A stretch of DNA of 43,821 nucleotides from NCBI GenBank assembly GCA_038873795.1, contig JAVZDR010000002.1:1-43821 (forward strand). The letters run 5' to 3'. This DNA comes from Candidatus Micrarchaeaceae archaeon. Its GTDB lineage: Archaea; Micrarchaeota; Micrarchaeia; Micrarchaeales; CABMGC01. Position numbers and translations under genes: made by a program. The notes beneath the pieces are model-generated. The model was not told where the DNA came from, searched no databases, and was given only the letters and a program-made list of their open reading frames with translations. Below, piece after piece: positions 28,279 to 37,142 of the stretch (positions within the stretch are counted from its first letter, which is position 1; the number at the start of each line of letters is the position of its first letter).

Positions 28279-29397
28279 TCAATCAATCTCTATTGTAATC
28301 TTCTTTTCTTTAAGGTTTATTGATTTTACCTTTATGCCGCCAATACTCATACCTTCATGCGCCTCCCCTTTTTTAATAAGCCTTTTTATCTCATTTATCA
28401 GGGAGTTTATCTCATCCATCCTCTCAAATATCCTATTCGCAGCTTCAATGTCTCTTTTTTCACTGGCTTCAAGCTCCTTGATTATCTCTTCCTGCTTCTG
28501 GATGCTAGCCTTGATCTCCTTGATTCTATTCTCGGCCTCTGAGCTTGGCTCTCTCTGCGCCCTCTCACCTAGATAAAATTCATCAAGCGCCTCGCTAAGG
28601 GTGTTATAGGTCTTGTACCTCATGCCAGCATACTTTTTAATATCGCATAGTGCATAGTCAACAAAGCCCCCCTCGCCAATATATATGCGCGGCGATATAT
28701 TGGCCAGCCTTTCCTTGAACGTGACGACCGCCCTGGCGAGCTCATCCTCATGGCCCTTTACCGCGGCCGCATCTCCGTTTGGATCAAGCCCCGCCTCCCT
28801 TATCACGTCCTCGTTGTATAGTGGCCCGAAGTCAAAATACCTTCCAAATGCGGCTATAAGCTTCTTCTTCTCGCCTGAGATAGCTGATGCAGCGTCCTTC
28901 GCGCTGCCATAGTCTATCTCATCTATTGTAAGCGCGCCGCCGCCTCCTGGGAAGAGATAGCGCATCCTAGGCCTTATCTCCCTTTCCCTCTGCTTGACCA
29001 CCCTATAGCAGAGCTCCACAATGCCCTCTCTTGAGAGTATGAGGTTGCCCTTTCCAAACATCTCCAATATAAGTTCATATACATTGCCTGCATTCTCAAG
29101 CTTGAAGATCAGAATTCGGTCATTCCTGTACTGCCTAACCTCGGCAAGCCTTGAGCCAATGATCCTCTTCCGCATCGCCATTGCGAAATTTGTCGCTTCC
29201 CCAACCTCCTCTGAAAATGCTGTCAGGTTTATTGTGTAGAGCAGCTTGCAATAGACTGTGCCGCTCGCGTGCTTTGATGAAAATGAGAATCTGAAAGCGC
29301 CATTGCCAAGATCATAGAATTTAGAAAGAGTGCTCCCGCGGAGGCCGTTGAGTTCGGCGCAGATAGCTCTCAGCTCTACCGACGCTATCTCGCGCAT
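28279..29397 (-). CDS. NFACT/Rqc2 (RqcH/NEMF) family protein lacking the C-terminal half
   Basis: FAMAMRKRI, Q...DRI, ELILEMFGKGNLIL, R.IRP..RY.FP, HhH, SEALDEFY, coiled coil; ends at 372 aa. Confidence 0.85.
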   Translation of the reverse strand: MREIASVELRAICAELNGLRGSTLSKFYDLGNGAFRFSFSSKHASGTVYCKLLYTINLTAFSEEVGEATNFAMAMRKRIIGSRLAEVRQYRNDRILIFKLENAGNVYELILEMFGKGNLILSREGIVELCYRVVKQREREIRPRMRYLFPGGGGALTIDEIDYGSAKDAASAISGEKKKLIAAFGRYFDFGPLYNEDVIREAGLDPNGDAAAVKGHEDELARAVVTFKERLANISPRIYIGEGGFVDYALCDIKKYAGMRYKTYNTLSEALDEFYLGERAQREPSSEAENRIKEIKASIQKQEEIIKELEASEKRDIEAANRIFERMDEINSLINEIKRLIKKGEAHEGMSIGGIKVKSINLKEKKITIEID

Positions 29398-30197
29398 CAA
29401 GCTCGACCGCTTTTGAGTTTTCTCGCGCCCTCCTCCTTCTTTATTCTAGCGAAAGCCGCCGCTATCTTTCGCGCGTCGGAAGCCTGCTCTATGGCCGTAC
29501 CTATCTGCACCATGTCTGCCCCAGCTCTATATACTTCTCTTAGCTTATCGACGGTCCTTATGCCGCCAGCCACTATGTATGGTACGGTTATAGACTCTCT
29601 CACAGCCCTTATTATTGTGCTTGGCACTGGCCCTGAATGCTGGAGTTTTGGATTTGAGCCAACATCTGTAATTATAAACCTATTGCCAAGATATTCGCCA
29701 GCCATTGCCAGCGCCGCGGCTATCTTCGGCTTCTCACGGGGCACAAGGTTGGCATCGCCGACCCAGCCAACAGTCCCACCAGGAGCTACCACTATGTACC
29801 CAACAGGTATGGGCTCTATCTGCAGCCTTTTTATTATCGGAGCCGCAAGCATCTGGACCTGCGTTATCCAGTATGGATTTCTGGCATTCAGCAATGACAT
29901 GAAGTATACGGCATCAGCGTATTTAGTTAGAGTTGCTATATTTCCTGGGAAAAGTATTACAGGCACGCCGCCAGCTTTATCCTTTATGCCCTTTGTGACA
30001 TAGTCGAGAAGCTCCCCTTGGGCTCCTATGCTGCCCCCAACAAGTATCAGGTCAGCGCCGCCTTCTATGCTTTCAAGCGCTGTCTTGATGGCCATCTCTG
30101 GAGTTCTGTAATCAACAGGGTCCACGAGCATGAAGATCATAGCGCCGTTGCTCTCAATGGTGTCTAATATATACCTCTCAGTTTTACCTATTTTCAT
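29397..30197 (-). CDS. Geranylgeranylglyceryl phosphate synthase family protein
   Basis: LVDP, VGGS, PVILFPG, ADAV.FMSLLN, GYIVV.PG, GGIR. Confidence 0.9.
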   Translation of the reverse strand: MKIGKTERYILDTIESNGAMIFMLVDPVDYRTPEMAIKTALESIEGGADLILVGGSIGAQGELLDYVTKGIKDKAGGVPVILFPGNIATLTKYADAVYFMSLLNARNPYWITQVQMLAAPIIKRLQIEPIPVGYIVVAPGGTVGWVGDANLVPREKPKIAAALAMAGEYLGNRFIITDVGSNPKLQHSGPVPSTIIRAVRESITVPYIVAGGIRTVDKLREVYRAGADMVQIGTAIEQASDARKIAAAFARIKKEEGARKLKSGRA

Positions 30198-30215
30198 AAA
30201 ATCGCCGCATAAGCA

Positions 30216-31202
30216 TTATCTCTTAGAGAACTCTTTAATAAGCTCTTTCGCTCCATCAACAATGTTGACCAATGGGTTGAAGCCCAATTCACGCTTTATT
30301 TTGCTCACGTCGAGCTTCCTATCGCTGAGGAGGAACCTTAGCTCATCGCTGTCAAGCCCCTTGTATTTGCCGAGCAGCTTGGCCAGGAAGGTAAGGCTTA
30401 TCTTCTTCGTCGGCCTAGGCACATTCATAAGGTCAGCAGCTAGGTTAAAGAGGTATTCCTGGGTATAAGCATTGCCATCTGAAAGATTGTAGACGTTGTA
30501 TCTGCTTGCATCTTTGCTGTCGGCAAGCATGAAGGCTTGCATCACATCATATATATGCACCAGAGCCATGTGGTTTTTACCGTTTCCTATCAGCCTTGCA
30601 CTCCCATCTCTTATCGCACTGAAGACTTTGAAGAATGAGCCCTCGAAGTTAGGCCCATAAATGGTTGCAATTCTGAAAATTGTATAAGGCACTGTCTTGA
30701 AGCCAATTATCGCATCCTCGGCGAGCATCTTGCTATAGCCATAAGGGTCTGTAGGCTTCAGCTTCGAACTCTCATCCAGGACCTCCTTTCTCTTGCTCCC
30801 ATAGACATCTATGCTGCTTGGAAATATGAAGTGCTTTACCCCATGCTTCTCCGCGGCTTCCAGCAGATTCTTTACGCCATTGACATTGACAGCTATAAGC
30901 TCTTTGATCGGGCTTTTGTACGCACTGACACTAGCTGCGAGGTGGAATATAGTGTCAACCCCACTGCACGCCTCGCTCAAAACCGCGGCATTGTCAAGCG
31001 TTCCGACATATGGCGTGGATCCCTTGGGCAGATTCAGTATTCCATCCTTGCTCGTGACAAGTGCATTGACCCTTCTGCTATGTTTGAGGAGGAACGGGAT
31101 GAGCGCCCTGCCAACTCTACCATTAGCACCTGTAACAAGATATACTTTTCCATTTCCGCCAATCTCTCCAGCATCATCATTTTTTGCATTGCTTCTACTC
31201 AC
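30216..31202 (-). CDS. NAD-dependent epimerase/dehydratase (extended SDR)
   Basis: VTGANGRVG, HLAA, NV.G, SS..VYG, YGYSK, YGP; GTG at 31202 overlaps the upstream stop. Confidence 0.92.
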   Translation of the reverse strand: MSRSNAKNDDAGEIGGNGKVYLVTGANGRVGRALIPFLLKHSRRVNALVTSKDGILNLPKGSTPYVGTLDNAAVLSEACSGVDTIFHLAASVSAYKSPIKELIAVNVNGVKNLLEAAEKHGVKHFIFPSSIDVYGSKRKEVLDESSKLKPTDPYGYSKMLAEDAIIGFKTVPYTIFRIATIYGPNFEGSFFKVFSAIRDGSARLIGNGKNHMALVHIYDVMQAFMLADSKDASRYNVYNLSDGNAYTQEYLFNLAADLMNVPRPTKKISLTFLAKLLGKYKGLDSDELRFLLSDRKLDVSKIKRELGFNPLVNIVDGAKELIKEFSKR

Positions 31203-32034
31203 TGCCAACACCTTTTCCCCCAAGCAATCTGCTAGCGAGTGCTCTTATGTAGCCCTCAGGCACGCTATCTATAGCATATCCTATCCAATCCTTGCCAAAT
31301 GGTATATAAACGCTCAGCCGTGCGTTTCCATCCTTGGCAATTTTAAATACTTTTTTTTCATTATACCCAAGGGGAAATTCGAGTGAGAGCACGTCCCTAT
31401 ATCTGCTACCATTCTTAAGTATCTTGTGGAGCACATTTTCTGTGGGCAGCTTCAGTACAACCTTCTTTGAATGCGAGCAGAGCTTCTCGACCGCGTTGAA
31501 AAAGTCTGCAATATCCTTTTTCTTGAGCTCACCATCATTCGCCTTTTTGCAGGGTATCATTATCCTCTCAGCCTTTCCGCCCTTCTTGAAATACTGGAGC
31601 GCCGCAGTGTAGCTATCAAAGACCTTGCCGACAGATGCATAACTCTTTTGCATTGAAGGATCTTCGGCTATGCTTGGATCTGTGTCAATCCAAATGGGCA
31701 CCGAGTATTTCTTGCTGGCTTCTGCCACTCGCTTTATATCGGCGATGCTGGATCCTCCAATTGGATTATGGCCTAACCTCAGCTGCCTTACATGCACGCT
31801 TGCATTTATGCCCCTCCTGGCTATCTCCCTAAGCAGCTGCACATACGTATTAATCACATAATTAGCTTTCGCCCTGTCTTCTGGAATGCTGCTCAGAAAT
31901 GCTATCGTTGCGCCTATCTTTTTTCCATTGAGATCCATGGCTTTCTTCAGGGAAGAGTCCATAGTGTAGCCAGCTATATGCCTCTTCACTATCTTGTAAA
32001 TTACCTTCTCTACAAACGACTCTTGTTGCTCCAA
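31195..32034 (-). CDS. Proline dehydrogenase-like protein, apparently degenerate
   Basis: RHIAG.T, IWID, LEF.LG, VYIPFG.DW..Y; catalytic motifs missing. Confidence 0.75.
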   Translation of the reverse strand: MEQQESFVEKVIYKIVKRHIAGYTMDSSLKKAMDLNGKKIGATIAFLSSIPEDRAKANYVINTYVQLLREIARRGINASVHVRQLRLGHNPIGGSSIADIKRVAEASKKYSVPIWIDTDPSIAEDPSMQKSYASVGKVFDSYTAALQYFKKGGKAERIMIPCKKANDGELKKKDIADFFNAVEKLCSHSKKVVLKLPTENVLHKILKNGSRYRDVLSLEFPLGYNEKKVFKIAKDGNARLSVYIPFGKDWIGYAIDSVPEGYIRALASRLLGGKGVGSE

Positions 32035-32313
32035 TTCATCACGAGCTTATACTATATAAATAACAAGATTTTTATCAATTATGCATGAAAAATCACATTT
32101 TTTAAATGGATTGCAGTCTGCTCCGCAAATTCGGCGCAAGATTTTTGGCATAAAGTAAAAACATTATACTTAATATATACAATGGTATATTGCTTGCCAA
32201 GTAGCAAACTACTAAATAAATGTGCATAACGAACTATATAGCTGCAATGCTGTTGAAGCAGGCAATACAAAACCATCTATGATAATTTTCGTTGCAGGCC
32301 TGCCTGGCTATGG

Positions 32314-33585
32314 GTGATGCGAATGCTGCCTTTATCCAAAACGCCCGGAAATGCTGGCCAGATGGAAAAAAATGCGGGAGCCTTCCTGGTCAGGGAGATA
32401 ATACCAAATGGCACAGTGCTTGAGCTTGGCAGGCATTACACAAGCAGCGATCTTGGGGAGCAGGATTCAAAGGAAGGCAAATTCGTGCGGTTCCTGCTGC
32501 AGAAAGAGAACTGGGATACAATACAGGCGCTTGCAACCATTGCCAAAAGGTTCGGTAGGGGGATAAAGTCGATAGGATACGCAGGAATGAAGGACAGGCT
32601 CTCTAAGTCGGTGCAGATGGCGAGCATATTCGGAATTACGCCAGATGCTATTGAGGGATTGCACATAAAGGACATCGAGATAAACGGCGCATGGCAGTCA
32701 ACTAAGGCTGTAGAGCTAGGGGACCTGCTTGGCAATTCATTTTCTGCAACGATAGACAGGCCGCTAAATGAGCGGCATGTTGAGCGCATCCTATCAGAGC
32801 TCAATGGCGTGATGCCAAATTACTTTGGCATGCAAAGGTTCGGATCTAGGCAGAACAACTTCAGGATAGGCATCAGCATACTCAATGGCGATTTTGAGGG
32901 CGCGGCAATGACGTTCCTGACTTCTACAGAAAACGAGACGAATAGCGAAGCGATAGAAGCAAGGCGGAGGCTTGCGGATGAGCAAGACTTTGCAGCTGCT
33001 GTAGAATATTTTCCAAAATACCTCAAATACGAGCGCAGGGTGCTGGCATATATAGCCCAATATGGCAATTTTGCGAATGCCCTCCGAATCCTTCCAAGGG
33101 GCATCTTATTAATGTTTGTGCATTCTATCGAGGATGTGATATTCAATGCAGCGTTGGAGGCTCGCATAAGGAATGGTGATTTTGATAACGAAGCAGAACA
33201 TTGCGGGCTGAATGCCTATGGCTTTCCAGATATAGCCAAACCATGCGAGCAATCAGGCGCAGTATGCCTACCAGTAGGTAACTTGATAGGCTATGAAACC
33301 CCTAGGGCAAAGATAAGCAGCTACGAAAAAGCGGCCATGGAAGCGTTGGGAATAAATCCTGAAATGTTCAGGATAAAGGCCATGCCTGAACTGAGCATGA
33401 AAGGCGGACTGCGTCCCCTTCTTGCCACTTTCAAGAATTTTTCGTTTAAAAACAGTGAAGAGAAGGCAATCCTCAATTTTTCGCTGCCTGCAGGCTCATA
33501 TGCAACAGTCTTTGTCAACGAATTCACAAAGTGCGACCAATCAAGCCTAAAAATGGCGCCGGAGCTGGGAGATTCATGGCGTTGA
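32314..33585 (+). CDS. truD: tRNA pseudouridine(13) synthase TruD
   Basis: F.VRE, K.NWDT, YAGMKD, GN.F, NYFG.QRFG, F.LP.GSYAT. Confidence 0.95.
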   Translation: MMRMLPLSKTPGNAGQMEKNAGAFLVREIIPNGTVLELGRHYTSSDLGEQDSKEGKFVRFLLQKENWDTIQALATIAKRFGRGIKSIGYAGMKDRLSKSVQMASIFGITPDAIEGLHIKDIEINGAWQSTKAVELGDLLGNSFSATIDRPLNERHVERILSELNGVMPNYFGMQRFGSRQNNFRIGISILNGDFEGAAMTFLTSTENETNSEAIEARRRLADEQDFAAAVEYFPKYLKYERRVLAYIAQYGNFANALRILPRGILLMFVHSIEDVIFNAALEARIRNGDFDNEAEHCGLNAYGFPDIAKPCEQSGAVCLPVGNLIGYETPRAKISSYEKAAMEALGINPEMFRIKAMPELSMKGGLRPLLATFKNFSFKNSEEKAILNFSLPAGSYATVFVNEFTKCDQSSLKMAPELGDSWR

Positions 33586-33671
33586 GCCAATTTGAACCCA
33601 GATTGCCAAAGGCAACCAGATCTCGAGTTTCGCCACTTTCTGGCGCATTAACCTGGTTCTGCCACTCCGGC
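33554..33671 (-). tRNA. tRNA-Ser(CGA) with two non-canonical introns (30/31: 33629-33639; 59/60: 33571-33590) and encoded CCA
   Basis: GCCGGAG/CTCCGGC acceptor stem, G73, long variable arm TTGCC-TTT-GGCAA; removing the 11-nt and 20-nt introns restores CCAGA-CTCGAGA-TCTGG and CTGGG-TTCAAAT-CCCAG (87 nt). Confidence 0.92.
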
Positions 33672-33799
33672 ACGTGCATTTGGGCATACTAAAGCCTTAG
33701 CCCAAACACATACAGATATGGCAGCAGAAGCTTTTATACCTTGCACATCCATGCGCCTAAACCTGGTGCATTTTGGCATCGCCCAAGTGTTGCAAAATC

Positions 33800-35215
33800 T
33801 CAGCATCTCATGTTTTCTGGGACCAAAATCTCAAAATACTTGCTCTCGAAAACAGGCCTGGATTCATTGATATAGCCGCTTATCTTCGGTTTTACATTGA
33901 CGTTTTTGAACGAGACCACTATATATCGCGATTCATCAATGCCGTAATACTGCGGCATATAGGCATTGATGCCGATATACTTCATAGGCACCCAGGCATT
34001 TGATACAATGCTGCAGTTACCGTAGCCAAGCGCGTAGAGTTCGCCCTTAGCATTGTTTAATACAGAAGCCGCATCATTTGGGTTATACAATGGGTAATTA
34101 TAATATTTCATAGAAGAGTGGAATGCAAACGCATAGTATGCCAGCACGGCGAGGCAGATTGCTGCTACCACAAACTGGAGAGCGCCAAGATCCAGCCCAT
34201 AAACGCGCCTGTGTACCTTACCAATCCTGCTGAGCATGTACGCAGCCGCCAGCGACACCCCAAAATAACTGAGGTAGCCGAAACGCGATTGCGAGAAAAC
34301 ATCATAATGCCAGCCGACGAGCATGAATTCGACTATTGAAATCACTAAAAAGCCAATGACAATCTCTCCGGCCATGCTCTTCGGAATGAATATTTTTTCC
34401 CGCATTCTTGGCTTTAGCCTGAATCTCAGCATGTAAAATAGCAAAATTGCAATGGTGCAGAGCAGTGCAGGATACCAGAAGAGACTAAGCATTGTCCCAG
34501 GATACAAGGGCTCAAAAGGGGTAACGAGTGCAACGTTGAAGGCATCTATATAGCTTGCCAGCGGATTCCCAAAAACCGCATAGTTGAAAAGCAGCCAAGG
34601 GAGTACGACCAATGCCTCGAGCAAGAATGCATAAGTTATCTTCTTCGGCTTCCGAAGGAGGAAGAGCAAAGGAAAGAATATCATAGTTGGGTATTTGGCG
34701 AGCGCCGCAAGACCGAAAAGGATTCCAGAGAAGCTGCTCCTCTTGGAAATGAGACCGAGCCCGAAAAGGAGAAACGCAGCCGAGAGCGCCTCTGTGCCAT
34801 TGACTATGAAGCCGAAATAGAGCAGGTATGGGCTGAGGAAAGCAGCGTAAGTCACAAGCCTGTTCATTCCCAGCGCATCGGCCAGGTACGTGGAAGCCCA
34901 GGCGAGCAGCAGGTAAACGAGCACCACATAGCAGAGGAGCGCATATTCTGGGCTCAGCGGCGTGAATGGAAGCATTAGGACTGAGCTCAGCGGCGCCCTG
35001 AAATCCTCAAAATATAGACCCGCAGCTTCTATAGTACCAAAGTTGTTAATTGCTAGAGCGGCATTGCCGTATACGCCGGGGTTGGTCATGCTTTTTGCAT
35101 TGAGATAATGCACTATAAGGTCCCATTCCGGACCGTTGAGATAATAGATATAAACAAGTATCAGAAGCCCTAGGAGCAGAATGGCTGAAGCAACACAAGC
35201 ATTTCTTGCAACCAG
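33800..35215 (-). CDS. GT-C superfamily (PMT/GT87-like) polytopic glycosyltransferase; probable CTG start
   Basis: First TM helix and W-D loop (GPEWDLIVHY) in frame upstream of track start 35113; FRAPL, TE, LA.LAKY, PWL..NY..FGNP. Confidence 0.8.
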   Translation of the reverse strand: MVARNACVASAILLLGLLILVYIYYLNGPEWDLIVHYLNAKSMTNPGVYGNAALAINNFGTIEAAGLYFEDFRAPLSSVLMLPFTPLSPEYALLCYVVLVYLLLAWASTYLADALGMNRLVTYAAFLSPYLLYFGFIVNGTEALSAAFLLFGLGLISKRSSFSGILFGLAALAKYPTMIFFPLLFLLRKPKKITYAFLLEALVVLPWLLFNYAVFGNPLASYIDAFNVALVTPFEPLYPGTMLSLFWYPALLCTIAILLFYMLRFRLKPRMREKIFIPKSMAGEIVIGFLVISIVEFMLVGWHYDVFSQSRFGYLSYFGVSLAAAYMLSRIGKVHRRVYGLDLGALQFVVAAICLAVLAYYAFAFHSSMKYYNYPLYNPNDAASVLNNAKGELYALGYGNCSIVSNAWVPMKYIGINAYMPQYYGIDESRYIVVSFKNVNVKPKISGYINESRPVFESKYFEILVPENMRC

Positions 35216-35306
35216 TCAATCACGGTGATATGAATATAGCAGATGCCTATAAAAACTTATTATTATTTAATTTTAGCGGTTTTATATTACTACATTCGGT
35301 GAGATC

Positions 35307-36827
35307 CTGGGATTTGAGAAGGCTAGAAGGATGTCTGTTGTTGCGTTTATAATGTTTGCAGCGCTAATCAGCATTACATTCTCTGTTTATCTGCTAAGCA
35401 CGGCAAAGAGCGCAAGCACGCTGATAATAGCCTCAATATTCCTTGTAACAACACTCATAGCCGCAGCATACAACGGAATAACCGCATTTTGGTATTATAA
35501 CTCACGCGCCTTCAAATATTACAAGGATAAGCATAAGGCATGGCGGCTTGGCTATTTCCCAAGGGTGGCTCTCGTAGTGCCGACTTACAAAGAGGACGTG
35601 AAACTTGTTGAAAATACGCTGAATAGGCTCAGCCACATGGACTACCCCAAGGAAAAAATGCAGATATACCTCCTTGACGATTCTACAGACAGCGCAACAG
35701 TCAGGGAGCTTAGAAAATTCTCATTGGGAAACGGCATAAAGTATATGCATAGGCGCGTCAGAAATGGCTTCAAGGCGGGTGCGCTGAACAACTTCTTGAA
35801 GCACTCAAATGAAGAATTCATAGCCATATTTGATGCTGACGAATACCTTGTCAATCCACGCTTCCTCAAAGACTTGCTCCCATATTTCCGCGACCCCAAT
35901 GTGGGCTTTGTCCAGACAAAAAAACGCTACGCCACAGGCAGTTTCTTCGCAAACTCGATAAACCTCCTCAACGGCTTTTTTTTCAATTTCATACAGCCAG
36001 CGAGGTCCGTGAGCGGTACTCTGACATACGCAGGCTCGTGCGCACTGATAAGGCGCAGCGCTATAACAAGCGTGGGTGGCTTTCCTGAGGTCGTGCTTGA
36101 GGACACATTCTTTTCATTCGAGACAAAGCTCAAGGGCATAGAGGGCGTATACGTGCCTAAGATTTATGCGCTTGGCAGGCCCATGAACAAATTTACATCG
36201 TTCGCAAAGCAGCAATGGCGCTACAACTATGGTGGCACCGAATTCATGGCTTACTGTGCAAGGAAGACCAACTTCAGAAACATAAGGGCTCGGGATCTCA
36301 TAGACTACATCGCCCACGGCTTCGGGCTCAATTATCTCTCAGTGATAATGCTTGCATTTACAATATTGACCATAGCCGTTGTCTTCTCTGGATTGCCGAT
36401 AGGCTCGTTGAGCATAAGCAGCCTCATGCATCCCATCCAGTCGCAGATAGCTCTCAGCGCATTCTTTGCTATACTCACGTTCACGTCATTAATCGGGCCC
36501 CTGCTTATACTTAGGGAGTATTTCAATTCATTCAGATATGGAGTGATGGTAATGCTCCTGAATTTTGCCGTAGCTTTCACCAGAGCCAAGGCTGCCTTCT
36601 CCGCAATCCTCCATTTTGCCCCATCATGGTCAAAATCCAATACAAACATAAAGGGCAATTTCAGGAGTGCGCTTAAGAATTCGTACGCTGAATTCTCATT
36701 CGCATTGTTCCTTGCAGTGCTCTCTCTCGTTGCCGTCGCTGGCAACAACATTGCTGGAGGCTTCTGGCTGATGTGGTATGCAATACTCTATGGCAGCACA
36801 ACGGTAATGCTGTACAAGTACGGCTAG
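35307..36827 (+). CDS. Processive GT2 glycosyltransferase (cellulose-synthase-like); start CTG 35307 or ATG 35331
   Basis: PTYKE, LLDDS, KAGALN, FDAD, VQT, GS..LIRR, LED, QQWRY; multiple TM helices; no PilZ domain. Confidence 0.9.
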   Translation: MGFEKARRMSVVAFIMFAALISITFSVYLLSTAKSASTLIIASIFLVTTLIAAAYNGITAFWYYNSRAFKYYKDKHKAWRLGYFPRVALVVPTYKEDVKLVENTLNRLSHMDYPKEKMQIYLLDDSTDSATVRELRKFSLGNGIKYMHRRVRNGFKAGALNNFLKHSNEEFIAIFDADEYLVNPRFLKDLLPYFRDPNVGFVQTKKRYATGSFFANSINLLNGFFFNFIQPARSVSGTLTYAGSCALIRRSAITSVGGFPEVVLEDTFFSFETKLKGIEGVYVPKIYALGRPMNKFTSFAKQQWRYNYGGTEFMAYCARKTNFRNIRARDLIDYIAHGFGLNYLSVIMLAFTILTIAVVFSGLPIGSLSISSLMHPIQSQIALSAFFAILTFTSLIGPLLILREYFNSFRYGVMVMLLNFAVAFTRAKAAFSAILHFAPSWSKSNTNIKGNFRSALKNSYAEFSFALFLAVLSLVAVAGNNIAGGFWLMWYAILYGSTTVMLYKYG

Positions 36828-36830
36828 TCT

Positions 36831-37142
36831 ATGCTATACATAAAGAAATATGAGACTGAAAATGGGAGCATCATAGCTCTCTGTGACGAAGAGCTTCTCG
36901 GCAAGATATTCTCAAACGGCCTTTCAAAACTCGATCTCGACAAATATGCCGAATTCTATAAGGGTGAACTTGTAAATGAGGAGAAGGCAAAGGATATGAT
37001 AAACTTGGATGAGATTTATTCAGCAAACATAGTTGGAAAGCGTGCGGTCGATATCTTTCTGGAAAAGAAGATAGTGAAGAAGTCGGAAGTAAAAACGATC
37101 AGCGGCGTGCCATTCGCCCAGGTTTACTCTATAAGGTATTAG
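36831..37142 (+). CDS. DUF424 family protein
   Basis: IIALCDEELLGK.F, FY.G, ANIVG..AV, I.GVP.AQ. Confidence 0.85.
   Translation: MLYIKKYETENGSIIALCDEELLGKIFSNGLSKLDLDKYAEFYKGELVNEEKAKDMINLDEIYSANIVGKRAVDIFLEKKIVKKSEVKTISGVPFAQVYSIRY

Noticed and set aside
6980..36827. Functional link between the GGDEF-like protein and the cellulose-synthase-like GT2 via c-di-GMP
   Set aside because: The genes are 27 kb apart, the GGDEF motif is degenerate and GT2 has no PilZ domain
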